Shown in pieces: positions 27,568 to 39,795 of a stretch of 64,000 nt of DNA. A program made the translations under genes and the position numbers. The DNA lies in the NCBI RefSeq assembly GCF_006345805.1, contig NC_043003.1, positions 82,522,001-82,586,000 of the forward strand, written 5' to 3'. The first letter of the stretch is position 1. Every line of letters starts with the position of its first letter. The notes below the pieces were generated by a model, which saw only the letters and a list, made by a program, of their open reading frames with translations, was not told the origin of the DNA and ran no database searches. Source of the stretch: Octopus sinensis. Its lineage: Eukaryota.

Positions 27568-29314
27568 TATTTACGGTGAAGAAACCATCTCTTACGCCAT
27601 ATATTGTTTTCGTATACCTAGGTCACCTGTATACGTGGAAGCAGTATAGTCCAGTGGTTTCTTGTTGACATTTCTATTCTTACTTGAATATTTAAACAGG
27701 AGCTACTTGTACAAATTATATTTTAAGAATCTGTATATTACACAATGAGCATTTCTCTGAAGACAATAAGTTCCATAATTACAATAAATCTTTTTTCTGT
27801 TATTAGAATAAATTAGACAAAGTATATAAAGTGTTTTAGTAATAAACACACAGCTGGGAACGGTGATGGGATATTAATGTCTCATATGCCACTGTGACAT
27901 CTTATCTACTTGAAGATAAAGAATAGAAATTGCTTGCGACAATCTTTAATGTAGTGAGCTGATGAAAATGTTTAATTCATTAAAATTATACCCGATTTGA
28001 AAATGAGAAATGTCATTAATTTCAGTGATTAACTCTGGTAAAGAAAAACAACTCCGAAATCCAAATTAATTAAGAATTTAACGTAGGCATTCAGTCGAAT
28101 GAGAATATGATATCTAGCGACGGTAAAAAGAAAATGTAAAATTAAATAGTTGTTTATGATTATGAAATACAAAATATACCAAGATTAATGTTTGGTGATA
28201 CGTTTCTGGATGTCTGGACTACGTAATGACATTTTTATTGAATGCCATAAAAGCTTCAAATCGCAACATTAATAAAAGTCGACGAATGAACTTTTACGTT
28301 GTAGCTCGAAACGTTTAAGACCACAAAAAAACCCACATTGCTAACAATATGAAAACTAAAAAGGAAGTATAAGAACAATTCACAATATGAAGTTGCTTTA
28401 GCTTTACCGTATAGACTTCACAACGTAGTAACAATAGACTGTTTCTTCGTTGACAATAGGCTGTTTCTTCGTTGACAGAAAAATGCAAACAAACGAGATT
28501 AGATTCTTTCCCCGATAAGTGTGTTGCATGACTTGAAACTAGACACATTCGTCCCACGTTTATCAATAGAAATAGAAATAAACATTACATTGCCCATCTA
28601 AAACACTGTAATTAACGATGAATTAATTAATATAGAATAATTAGTTAATTACTTAAACCAAACTCTCAAAGCATGATCACAAACAGGCACACGCATATAT
28701 GACTAGAGGAAAAATCGCTGTGGAAATATATTTGTTATATGAGAGTTAATGCTGTTTATGTATAGGTATTACATAGCAATGTATCTGTAAACAAATTCAG
28801 TTTGTATGATCACTGATATTAACAACGTGAAGAAGAATATTAATTGCAACTGTATCACCCAGAATAACAAGAGATACGGTAACAATTTGATCATAGGATA
28901 AACATCATCGTCATTATCATAAACAGATCATCAGCAGCATCGGTTATAGCACTATCATTATTCAGATCAGACTAAAATGTGTAGCTGAGTGTCATTAGGT
29001 ACAAACAATAGATTGCTCTAAGCTAATAATAGATGGTTGTTCCGTTATTACTAAATAGAAAGTGGTCAGTCGAATTGTCCTATTTTTTTCTGTCAACGGA
29101 GAGATTAAAGCCAGCATTTCTGATTTTGCACTTGAATTGTGGAAAAGCTGAATATCTAGATGTTCGAATTATCTTTCCAGCATTAAATTGTATCATCCGG
29201 GTTTCTAAGTATATAACCGTCTTTACGTTTTCTTTGATTAATTTCTATGCCTCCCTTTCTTTCTTTTAATTTCCTGCCCATATATGGCTCTCTATATATA
29301 TGGTAGGGGGAGCT

Positions 29315-29350
29315 TGTGTGCCTGCGCGTGTGTATGTGTGTGTATACACA

Positions 29351-29400
<50 letters not shown>

Positions 29401-29710
29401 CATTTAATATATGTAAATCTCTCTCTATATATATATATACAAACACACACACACACACATATATATATATACACTCACGCATACGTGTTTTTATTGAGTA
29501 CTTTGTCTCAGTCTAACAGTCTAAATGTTATTGTCTGCCATCTTGTGTAACTGTATAGATATGTTATCTTGTATACTTGTAGATGTGTGTGTGTGTGTGT
29601 GTGTATGTTTGTGTGTCTTTGTGTGCAAATATAACTATATGTACAATGCCAGAAGAACAGAAACCCGCGCAAACACAAACGAGACATATACACACACAAA
29701 CATGTGACCC
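29315..29710. repeat. Compound (CA)n/(TA)n/(TG)n microsatellites
   Basis: Direct inspection. Confidence 0.9.
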
Positions 29711-29934
29711 GAAGAAACATTGCCATAAAAATAAAGTATATATTAGATAAGTATGAAAGTTGAGTATGAACAGAAGATATAACATAGCGATGCCGATATT
29801 AAATACAACAATATCAATTTATATGATCACTGATGTTAACAGCATAAACAACAATATTAATGGTTATATTAAAAGTATGGCCCGGAATAACGGCAGTGTT
29901 CCCTTTCATGACGATGACTGTAAGCAACAATATG

Positions 29935-30016
29935 ATGATAGGATAATCATAATCATAATCATCATCATCATCATTATCATCATCATCATCAGCATCAGCA
30001 GCAGCATCATCATCAG

Positions 30017-30053
<37 letters not shown>

Positions 30054-30113
30054 GTCATTATCATTAACAGCAGCAGCATCATCACCATCACCATCACCAT
30101 CATCATGGTCATC

Positions 30114-30177
<64 letters not shown>

Positions 30178-30245
30178 ACATCAGCATCATCATCATCATC
30201 GTCGTCGTTGTCGTCGTCGCCATCGTCATCATCGACAGTACGTCA
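29935..30245 (+). repeat. (ATC)n trinucleotide repeat with interruptions
   Basis: Long atc/agc/acc/gtc runs. Confidence 0.95.
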
Positions 30246-30599
30246 GCAGCTTCGCCTTCGTCATAATTACGATTATACTGTTAAGATAATCACCGCCATT
30301 AAACTTACCAATTATGATGGCGATGGAAATAATTGTGGGTTAGTGATGACGGTGGTCGTCATCGCGCTGCGACCGATTGCGTTAATGGTGATGATTGTTT
30401 TCATCATTATCATCGCCATTATAGTCTTCTTCCTTCTCTACTCCTCCTCATCATCTTTTTCACTAAAACCAAACCCACCACCCTTTCCTCATCTTCCTCA
30501 TCATCATCACCATCATAATCATCCTATCACCATCATTATTTTTGATGTTGTTGTTAGTTGAAGTACTAGTATTATGATTATAATCACCAGGCTGGGCCA

Positions 30600-31208
30600 C
30601 GATGAAAATAAGGATTATGATCGTTTTATATAAATATAGTGACAATGATGATGGTGGTGATGTTAATGATAACATCTACAATGACGATGAGTACTATGGA
30701 ATTAATCATAATGATGATTATGATGATGACAACGATATCGATGACTACGACGACGACGATGTCGACTTGTTCGACGAAGACGATGATAGTGATCATAAAT
30801 ATCAGTTCGATTACTGAGATTATAAAACATGATGTGGGCGTAATATTACGATGTTTCTTTGTGGTGCTTCTCATGATTATGATCACCGTTATGATAGTCC
30901 TATTGGTGATCATTATAATAGTGAAGCAGACGACGAAATTTATGATAGTAATGAAGGAGACCTCATTGATTATTTTGATGCTGATAATAATCATGATGAT
31001 AGTTATGATGATGATTCTAGAAATGATCTTCACGATGACATCTACAGTTACGAAGGCGATAAAGTTAGAATTGATGGTGATGGCTCTGGCCATAACGATG
31101 ACAACAACGCAGGATGATGACGCTGACGACGAGGAAGACTGGATATTATGATGATTGCCTCGATAATGAACACAATGATAATGATGATAGCGATGAAAAC
31201 GACGATGC

Positions 31209-31249
<41 letters not shown>

Positions 31250-31295
31250 GTGATGATGTTTATGACGATGATGATGATGGTGATGATGATGATAT
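30600..31295 (+). repeat. Decayed (GAT)n low-complexity tract
   Basis: GAT/GAC-dominated with mostly single-step variants; pure (gat)n at 31210-31290. Confidence 0.9.
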
Positions 31296-32619
31296 CTTCT
31301 CAATTCGCATAAATTTATTTCTGTCTACTTCACTTGGTGTAAATCTCCAAAATTTAAGATGTTGAACGCAGTAATTTAACTATCAATAAATGTAAGAATT
31401 AGAAAATGTTTTCAAAACTCTATCGGTCGTGTTGCCATGGAAACATTTATTGGTAAAATATTTTTATGACAATTTTTCTTCAAAAGTCCAATGAAGTTTA
31501 TGATTTTGTTATGTTCTTGTTTACATGTATATTACGATAGATTTATATCAAAAATTGTAATTTCAATAATTCACCCTCGAAATATATTTATTGCTTTTTA
31601 TTGAGTTCAGCACTATTGACTAACCGATCAAGCCGGTAGTTTTCCAACATTGTATTCTGATTTCGAAATCTATGAAGTGAAATTACATTTGTTTATGTGT
31701 TATGATTTTTCGCCAGTCATGTTGGTCTCATGACGTGTCAATGAAATAGTTATTTGAAGTTAAATTTTAAATGTTACAAAAATCGACCTAACTAGGTCCA
31801 TTCCTCAACAAACACACATAAATAAATAATCAATAAACTTAAACTACTAACAATACGTATGCTAAGAATGTAGTATTTTTGTTGTTTATTCTGATGATGA
31901 AAATATCACGCATTTTACTTTAAAAAGGAGGTTCACATAAAGTAAAAATGATTGGTAACTAATCAGTTCGACTTTTTATGCATGTTACATAAATCCCGGA
32001 CTATTTTAACCACAACTTTAATGAAATGCACTTTCGTGCAATTCAACAACTACTTTTCAACTAGGCCAATATTCTTAGCAAAAAAACGGCTAAGAAATCT
32101 CCTTAACATTTTGTATCTGATATTTTGCAGATAGCATACAGTGGTCCCCATGGCATGCAGTAATACTTTCACGCCCTACAGTGATCTTTTCACAGAATTC
32201 ACAAATCCGAAAGCAACTGGAACTGAATCGCGAAAGGAATTTCAACTAACCTCTGAGCAATAACATACATGATGACTTCACTTAAAAGATATATACGAAA
32301 GGAAAGTTTTCTCAAAATCTGCTGAATGATTGTAGGAGTTACTGCGAATCAACATCTCCAATCGGTCCCACCAATATATAAATCGACGCCAATTATATCA
32401 CGGTTTATCGATGACCAATTTAATCTCGATACATAAGCATATTTTAATGCTTCTAAATGTTGCTGCTTATATATTGTTATGCTACTTCCCAGCTGCAATA
32501 CATTCAGTAAACGATAGTGCAAATATTCAGGAAGTTTCAGGCCTTGATAGAGTATACACATACTGCTTTATCTGTTGAGTACGCTCTTCTTTGTAAAAGT
32601 AAAATTTTAAATTTCATGA

Positions 32620-32856
32620 ATCGTTTCTTTTTATGTATATATAAATATATGTATGTATGTATTACGTGTGTATCGTTAGCGATTTGCTTTCTCTGTCTTC
32701 CCTTTCTTGGTCCTTTCCTTTTTCTATGTTTCTGACGAAGAGCTCCCCTCGAAACGTTTAATCATCCTTCTTTCTTTCCTTTCCTGAGCATCCAATAACA
32801 CTATATTTGTTCCACGTCCTCGCGTTGTTGTGTTTTCTCTTTGTTCATCTTTGGAT

Positions 32857-32870
<14 letters not shown>
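32620..32870 (+). mobile_element. Penelope-associated non-autonomous repeat carrying a hammerhead-like core, flanked by TA-rich microsatellites
   Basis: Pyrimidine tract, CTGACGA...GAAACGT core, ends in ggattaac(TA)n. Confidence 0.5.
32727..32763 (+). ncRNA. Minimal type I hammerhead ribozyme-like motif (stem I partly decayed)
   Basis: CUGACGA 32732-38; stem II GAG/CUC; GAAA 32751-54; palindromic ACGU stem III; H=U at 32758. Confidence 0.5.
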
Positions 32871-32920
<50 letters not shown>

Positions 32921-33010
32921 AATTGATAGATAGATAGATAGATTTTTTAAATTTTATTTTTTTAGATCTTTCATTTAGAAGTCTAAGCTTGCACCATAAT
33001 ATTTTAATGA

Positions 33011-33061
33011 ACGATAGACGCTACCATATGAAATACCATTTCAAATGGTAGCGTCTATCGT
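33011..33061. repeat. Near-perfect 51-nt hairpin
   Basis: acgatagacgctaccat-a-tgaaat-acc-atttca-a-atggtagcgtctatcgt: 17 bp + 1 mismatch + 6 bp, 3-nt loop. Confidence 0.9.
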
Positions 33062-33424
33062 ACTAAAGCAGCGAATCGGAAATATTATAAATGTCTTGAA
33101 AATATATGCTGACATTTAGTTGTTTACGAGCGATATGAGGCGACTCACGTGAAAAGATTCAATTTACTCTCTTGTGTCTTATATTTATTGTTTTATCGAG
33201 ATATGTTGAAAATACACTATGGCTTGTTATTTATTAAGAATCAAAAATATCTAGTACATAGGCATATGTTACGTTTTCGTTTGTAAAGAAGACAAACGGT
33301 TTACTTTACCAATTTCAAAGTGAATATATCACAATTCCTCCATTTCTTCTCTTAATGGTTAGTACAAGATCACATCGGCAATATTCCTGCTTTGAGATAG
33401 CTAATGGCCTTGGAAACCGATTAT

Positions 33425-33476
33425 ATACATACATATGTACACATATACATATATACAAATATAAGTATATATACAT

Positions 33477-33520
<44 letters not shown>

Positions 33521-33720
33521 CTCTATGTATGCATGTATGTATATATATATATATATATACATATCTCTATGTATGCATGTATGTATATATATATTCATAT
33601 ATATATATATACATGTGTTTGTAAGAATTATGTATAATTATATGTGTGTGTGGGCGCGCACGTGTGTGTGTGTGAGTGTGTATATGTACTTGTGTGTATG
33701 TATGTGTGTACGTGTGTAAG
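33425..33720. repeat. Compound TA/CA/TG microsatellite
   Basis: Direct inspection. Confidence 0.9.
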
Positions 33721-34664
33721 GATATTCCTATAACTTTATTCCTTAGAGACAGTTCATTGTGTCGTGATAGTTCATTTTTTTGTGAATATGTTCATCTATT
33801 TAACAAATCACTGTCGTGAATGTATCTCAGTAAGTACTCATTAGCAAAATAAGCGTTCATTAGCGAAGAATCGAACGGAATATCCAATGTACAAGAGGAT
33901 CTATAGATTTCTTGCTATGAATATGATTTAATGAACATTCATATCAATTTATTGATTCATCCCTGAGGAATATTTACACTTTGCAGGTATATCTCCTACG
34001 ATGAAATGGTTTCAGCATCCCGTTAAAAAAAGTTTGTTTCTTTTATACAGCGTCAGGTTGTGCTTCAATTATTTTCTATGATAAAAACGGCCAGCCACTA
34101 AATCTAAATTTGTTTATTCTCAGTGATCAGGCACAGTACACATTTTCCTGCAACAATTGACCATACATCTATGAATACAAACAAAATCTCCGCCGTTATT
34201 TAATGAGTAAGAGAAATGTGTTTATTTTCATATAGATTTTTTTTTACCCTGTTAACATTGATATAATGTCTAGTAATTGCTATTATAGTGATTATATATA
34301 ATAAATACTGTTACATATATTGACATTCCGTCTGGAATACGTATGTATTAGACATTATCTTTGTCTCCGGGGAGTTAATTAACAATCAATTGTGATTTAA
34401 TATCGTTAAGCCACATAGACATTTGCCAATGCTCCCTGCTGATAACGGCAGAGAGAAGGGATTGCCACAACTCAAAGGATGCAGTATTATATGACTTCAG
34501 AATATTTTTTATATCAGTGAATATAAGTTGAACCTCAACAACTTCATTAATAATTGTCATTATATTCTATTATGTTCTTAATTATTTGCACATTTTTCAC
34601 AGATGATGCATGCGCCATGGAAAGAAAACATAAAAGAGATTCAGGATTCAAATATTAGCTTGAA

Positions 34665-34850
34665 GTTTTGGCACAGGGCAAGCAATTACAAGGGATGGGA
34701 TAAGTCAAATACTTCGTCCCCAATGCTCGACTGTTATTTAATTTACTGACCCCGAAAGGATAAAAGGATGAACTCAGAACGAAAAAACGTACAAAATGCT
34801 GCAAAGAATTTTATCCTGCGTTCTAACAATTCAGCCAGACCGCCAACTTA
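34665..34850 (-). mobile_element. SINE family B, degenerate
   Basis: gaccccgaaaggataaaagg...gaactcagaacg. Confidence 0.6.
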
Positions 34851-35274
34851 TTCCGAATTTAAATATTACAAAGAGTGAAGTGCAGGGATGGTCGATATGT
34901 AATGTTTCCAGTAAGGAAGAGGTTGTTTTATTGACTTTACGAAAAGTATCACAGAGTGGTTATGATAGTACCACAGATTAGTTATTGTTCCATGCTTTGA
35001 GTTTTGTCTTCTTACAGATTTCCGTATGTGGACAACAGCCTTGCTGGAGTGCAGCAATTAGAGGAAACATAACAGTTTTCACAGATCATAATACCCCCAT
35101 AAATGGTCTGATAATGTATTGGCAATCTCACAAGGGACGAAACATATGTCCGAAACGGTATAAGACCGCCAGAACTAAATACGGTGGAGTTTTCTAAGTT
35201 TTGAATGGATGCCTCAGGGGCGCTGTACTCGCGTCGTTCTTCCGGCAACTTTCAGTTGTTTGCTTACACTCAGA

Positions 35275-36302
35275 ATGGCGAGTCCCCAGCAAAACGCGTT
35301 CTGCGTTCTCGAGTTCGCGAAAACATCTTTGTTTGTCATGTTGAAGCTTGCTTTTCGAAGGCGATTCGACATTAATCCGGCCTCTCCAAAGAAAATTCGA
35401 CTGTGATTTCAACAGTTTCAAGAGAGTGGATGTCTGTGTAACGGAAAAAGTCCAAGATGGCCATGAGTTTGGAGGAAACAAGTTTGCTGCGTTTGAGGAT
35501 AACCACGGAAGTTCACAAATTGAGCTAGCTGTGAGCTTGCGATCCACAACCACTATCTGGCGTGTGCTAAGATGTCTACATTTGAAACCATACAGACTAT
35601 GTCTCGTTCAGCCACTTACGAATGACGACAAGGGTAAGCAGATAGAACTTTGCGAATCGATGCTAGAGATGATGGAAGACAAAACCTTCATTTCACGTTT
35701 AATTTTTAGTGATGGAGCGACTTTTCACCTGAGCAGCACAGCCAGTCGTCACAATGTGCGTATTTGAGGAACAGAGCACCCACATGAAACAGTTGAACAT
35801 GACGGAGATTCCCCAAAGGTGAACGCTTTCTGTGTTGCGTCTCAGGAAAAGGTTTATGGCCCCTTTTTCTTTGAAAGAAACACCGTTACAGGACAAACCT
35901 ATCTCGATATACTCCAAAACTGGCTCTTCACTTCACTGCAATCAGATTCACATAACTTCATTTTTCAACAAGATGGAACAACGCCCAATTGGCACCTGAT
36001 CGTTCAACCTTTTTTAAATGCAAAAGTGCCCCAGCGATGGATTAGTCGGAAAGGGACCCAAGACCTCGCTGTTTGTGCTTAGCCTGCGAGATCCTCAGAC
36101 CTCACCCTGTATGATCTCTTCTCTCGGAGATATGTAACAGATCGCGTTTATATTCCATCGTTCCCCACTAACCTCGATGACCTTAAACATCGAATAACAA
36201 CAGCGATCAACTCAGTGGATCGTGATATACGTCTGGGAGGAATTATCTTATCGCATTGAAATTCCCCGTGCTACAGATGGTGGCCAAATTGAACATTTGT
36301 AA
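35275..36302 (+). mobile_element. DD41D-like (rosa/Visitor-type) Tc1-mariner transposase, nearly complete, inactivated
   Basis: MASPQQNAFCVLEFAK...FRRRF; LIFSDGATFHL...RHNVRI*G; YGPFFF; FQQDGTTPNW...RWI...*PARSSDLTLYD; GGQIEHL*. Confidence 0.85.
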
Positions 36303-36489
36303 GACAAAAAATAAAAGTTGATTGTGAGTAAATACTTGTGAATTAGCTGGAGTTTTCTAATTCTTTTCCTTATTAAAATATTGCGATTTGAAATCTGTTC
36401 ATTTTATTTGAATAACATTGCATATATATATATATTTGTGTACACACGGAAACAAAGCACCCCCCTCACAAAAACAAACATGCACACAC

Positions 36490-36535
<46 letters not shown>

Positions 36536-36611
36536 GTGTACACACAGAAACAAAGCACCCCCCCCCCCACAAAATCACAGATACACACGCGCGCGCATAT
36601 ATGTATATGTT

Positions 36612-36923
36612 TCCTCAACAGGCCCTGCCCTATTTAACATTGTCCCGAGGGAGATCAAAGAGGAAAAGGATCCCATCAACTTCAAACAGAGTCTGGATAG
36701 ATTCCTTCAAAGAATACCAGACAAGCCACCCATAATTGGATACAACTCACCCAACAAGAACTCACTACTTGAACAAAACTGGATACAACTCACCCAACAA
36801 GAACTCACTACTTGAACAAAACTTGACTTAAACAGGATTCGAATAATCCTATCAGGTGGTGCTATTAAGTTAGACATGGCCTGGACCAATCTCTGGTCGA
36901 AACATATCTAAGTTTTTATCTAA

Positions 36924-36928
<5 letters not shown>
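36612..36928 (+). mobile_element. CR1/L2-group LINE 3' end with internal perfect 43-bp duplication
   Basis: GPALFNIVPREIKEEKDPINFKQSLDRFLQRIPDKP; 36737-36779 = 36780-36822; tail (atctaagtttt)x2. Confidence 0.65.
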
Positions 36929-36994
<66 letters not shown>

Positions 36995-38506
36995 GTGTGT
37001 ATGTATGTGTTTTTGTGGTGGTGGGTGCTTTGTTTCCGTGTGTACACACATATATATGCATATATACATATATTTGAGTGAAGAAAAATATTCAGACTGG
37101 TCAGTATCACGAGTTTGAACAACAAAGACGAATAACGTTATATAAATACTGCAGAAGATAGATTCTTGATTCATTGAAATTATCTTTATTTCAAGAGATA
37201 GTAAAACAATTGTTATTCAGAAAATGGAACAAAGTGGAAATGAAAAAGTGAAATTTCGATAATTATTTCTCGGAAATTAATAAACGATAACTTAAAAGAC
37301 TGTCTGATAGTTTAAAAAAATCTATCCCATAAATGTATTTATTTATACATATATGCGTACGTACATGCACGAATATACATAAATAGGTAAATACTTATAT
37401 ACATACATGCGTTGTGTTTCCACGTTCCACCTCCGTACATTTGGTCTTACCAAAGTCCATAACAGAACACACTAATTGCAAATTCCACATAGTGGGGACG
37501 ATTCTGGACCCCGATGAGTGCAAAGCGTAAATTCTAGCTACAAATCTGTCTCTATGCCTGTAGTGATTAAAAATATATTCAGAGAAAATGCTTTTATATT
37601 TCGAAAATACCCAATTAAATTTTCTGTTGAAATGTCTCATGTGAGGTTTTCATCACATAATAGATTTCCGTATTAAAAATTCTAAAACCAACTGCACGTT
37701 GTCTCAGATCTGATTCTGTTCAATAAAGCAAGTGAATGGAATCCATGGCAGAGGCTCTTTAACAAAATTTAAATATTTAAAACTATACAAAAACGTGTTT
37801 GAAAATATCACTTTGAAATTATCCAATTTTAATCAGCATCTAAATAATAGGATGTGTTACTCTTAACTGCTTTAAAACAGTGCTGTCTCAACGATATTAG
37901 TACGTAACCTCTTGATACAAACCATTAGGAAGAAATTCTTGATTGATGTACCATTAATTACTAAACACGTGGTTTGAAAGGAAATGGACATAGGGTTCAT
38001 ATTATCCGTTGACAGATGTTTTTACGATATTAAATGTAACAGCTGCTTCCTCAAGGGTTTCAGGAATGTAAAGTACTTCGGAAATATTGAGAATCCTAAT
38101 TAAAGTTCTATTTTCAACAGCTGAAATGTAAATTAGGAAAACATAATAGAATTCATTGCCAAACATAATTAACATGAATCACAGTATCCACTGAAGTTGA
38201 TAAAACATGGTCATCTCAGCTGCTGAAAATAGTAACCAAATCACCGACAATAACACACTCTAAATTGTTAAAAACTGAAAAGACATTGGGCAACGCATTT
38301 CTGCGTATCCCTATAAAAACTGATTGACTCTGGTTCGGATCTTTTTATTCTAGACCTGTAAAATCAGAGCTGCCGTAGAGCCATGTACATGGACAGCTGA
38401 AATAGCTAATGGTGAATATCACTAGAGTTTTTGCTTTGTAATGCAACAGTGGTTTTTGAACATCTTATGATTTAATATATATATAAAATTAGTAGTGTAC
38501 ATTTAT

Positions 38507-38675
38507 ACACAAAAGAGGTGACCCTAACAGGGCGCCTTACATGCTAAAAGGAGCAGTCAAAACCCAAACTACGGTTAAGAGTAATTTCGAAGGGGATGAA
38601 AAATAAACCGTGGTTTGGGGTTTGACTGCTCCTTTTAGCATGTAAAGTGTCTTGTTTGGGTCACGTCTTCTGTGT
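38507..38675. mobile_element. MITE-like fold-back, ~70-bp inverted arms and ~29-bp spacer
   Basis: 38507-38576 is the reverse complement of 38606-38675 with few mismatches (ttacatgctaaaaggagcagtcaaa is perfect). Confidence 0.75.
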
Positions 38676-38766
38676 GCAAAAAGTAAACACATTTTATATG
38701 AGAAATATGTTTTCTATTCACTATTTTATGCATGCTAGCCAGTGGTAGAAAATTTCTCTAATTTTT

Positions 38767-38820
<54 letters not shown>

Positions 38821-38995
38821 AGATAGATAGATAGATCGGTAGCCACTACACACATTTTTTTACTCTCCTTGTTTCTGTCTGTGTTATTTTCAGCGGAAGA
38901 GGGTCCAAACTTTTTCAATTCCCGAGCGTTATACTAATACATCTGTTTGTTTTCTACACCACATGTCTTCGTCTTTTGTTGTTTTCGTGAATTCT

Positions 38996-39045
<50 letters not shown>

Positions 39046-39795
39046 TTAAGTTGTCTACTTTACCAGTTACTAATCAAATTGTATATTTTTAGGGAATTAT
39101 ATTTGGCACTTACCACTTAGTAAATATTAATTCATTTTAATACTATAAACTGTTTTGTTACTTTTCTGCCCCTTTATATTTTCAAGTTATTTTGCTACCC
39201 AATTTATCCACACAGCTTTCATATATCTCTAAGTCTTGTAAGATGTAATTAAAGTGGTCAGACACTATTCTCCACTGATGATCTTTAATAAGACTGAAAA
39301 CTGTCTGCAATCGTTACCGAATTACCATTAACTAGACACCTAATTACATATTGTATTCTATCTTCAATGAATCACGTGCAGTGCCGGTCTCCCATGGATT
39401 TCTTGCAGATAAATAATCATTGAGAGAATTTTTTTTCTTCCTTCTAGCTGGATGTGATGTTTAATCAAGTGAAGTATTTTGGATTATTAGATTATGCACA
39501 CCGGTGCACACTTTTCTGTTATAATACTAATTAGGTCTTATTATAGAAGCCATTTATTTAATTTTCCAACCTATGTCTTATTAACCTTTCATAGATAGAT
39601 TATATAACTATATATACTGAGATGTTTTTATTTCCTTTTATTTTACTATCGCAACTCACACAATGGAATTAATTTCTAACCTTCTTGTTCGACCATCATA
39701 CAATAGATCTATAATCAAATCTCAAAAGTATTCTAACAGTGCGCATCTCGATTTTTCGAGATATTATTGCTACATTATCGAATGGGTTCAATATT

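Noticed and set aside
30602-31303. Asp-rich frames resembling acidic biomineralisation proteins
   Set aside because: Stops and frameshifts interrupt them, there is no convincing signal peptide, and the codons are mostly single-step derivatives of GAT, so this is a decayed microsatellite.
8816-36302. Fanzor/TnpB-type RNA-guided nuclease cargo in the Tc1/mariner elements
   Set aside because: Element lengths are accounted for by transposase alone, and no RuvC-like or additional long ORF is present.
37451-37557. Minus-strand 107-bp exon candidate (cactacag|...TTG|gtaaga; HRDRFVARIYALHSSGSRIVPTMWNLQLVCSVMDF)
   Set aside because: Good splice sites, but it is isolated, the peptide is unrecognised and no phase-compatible neighbours were established.
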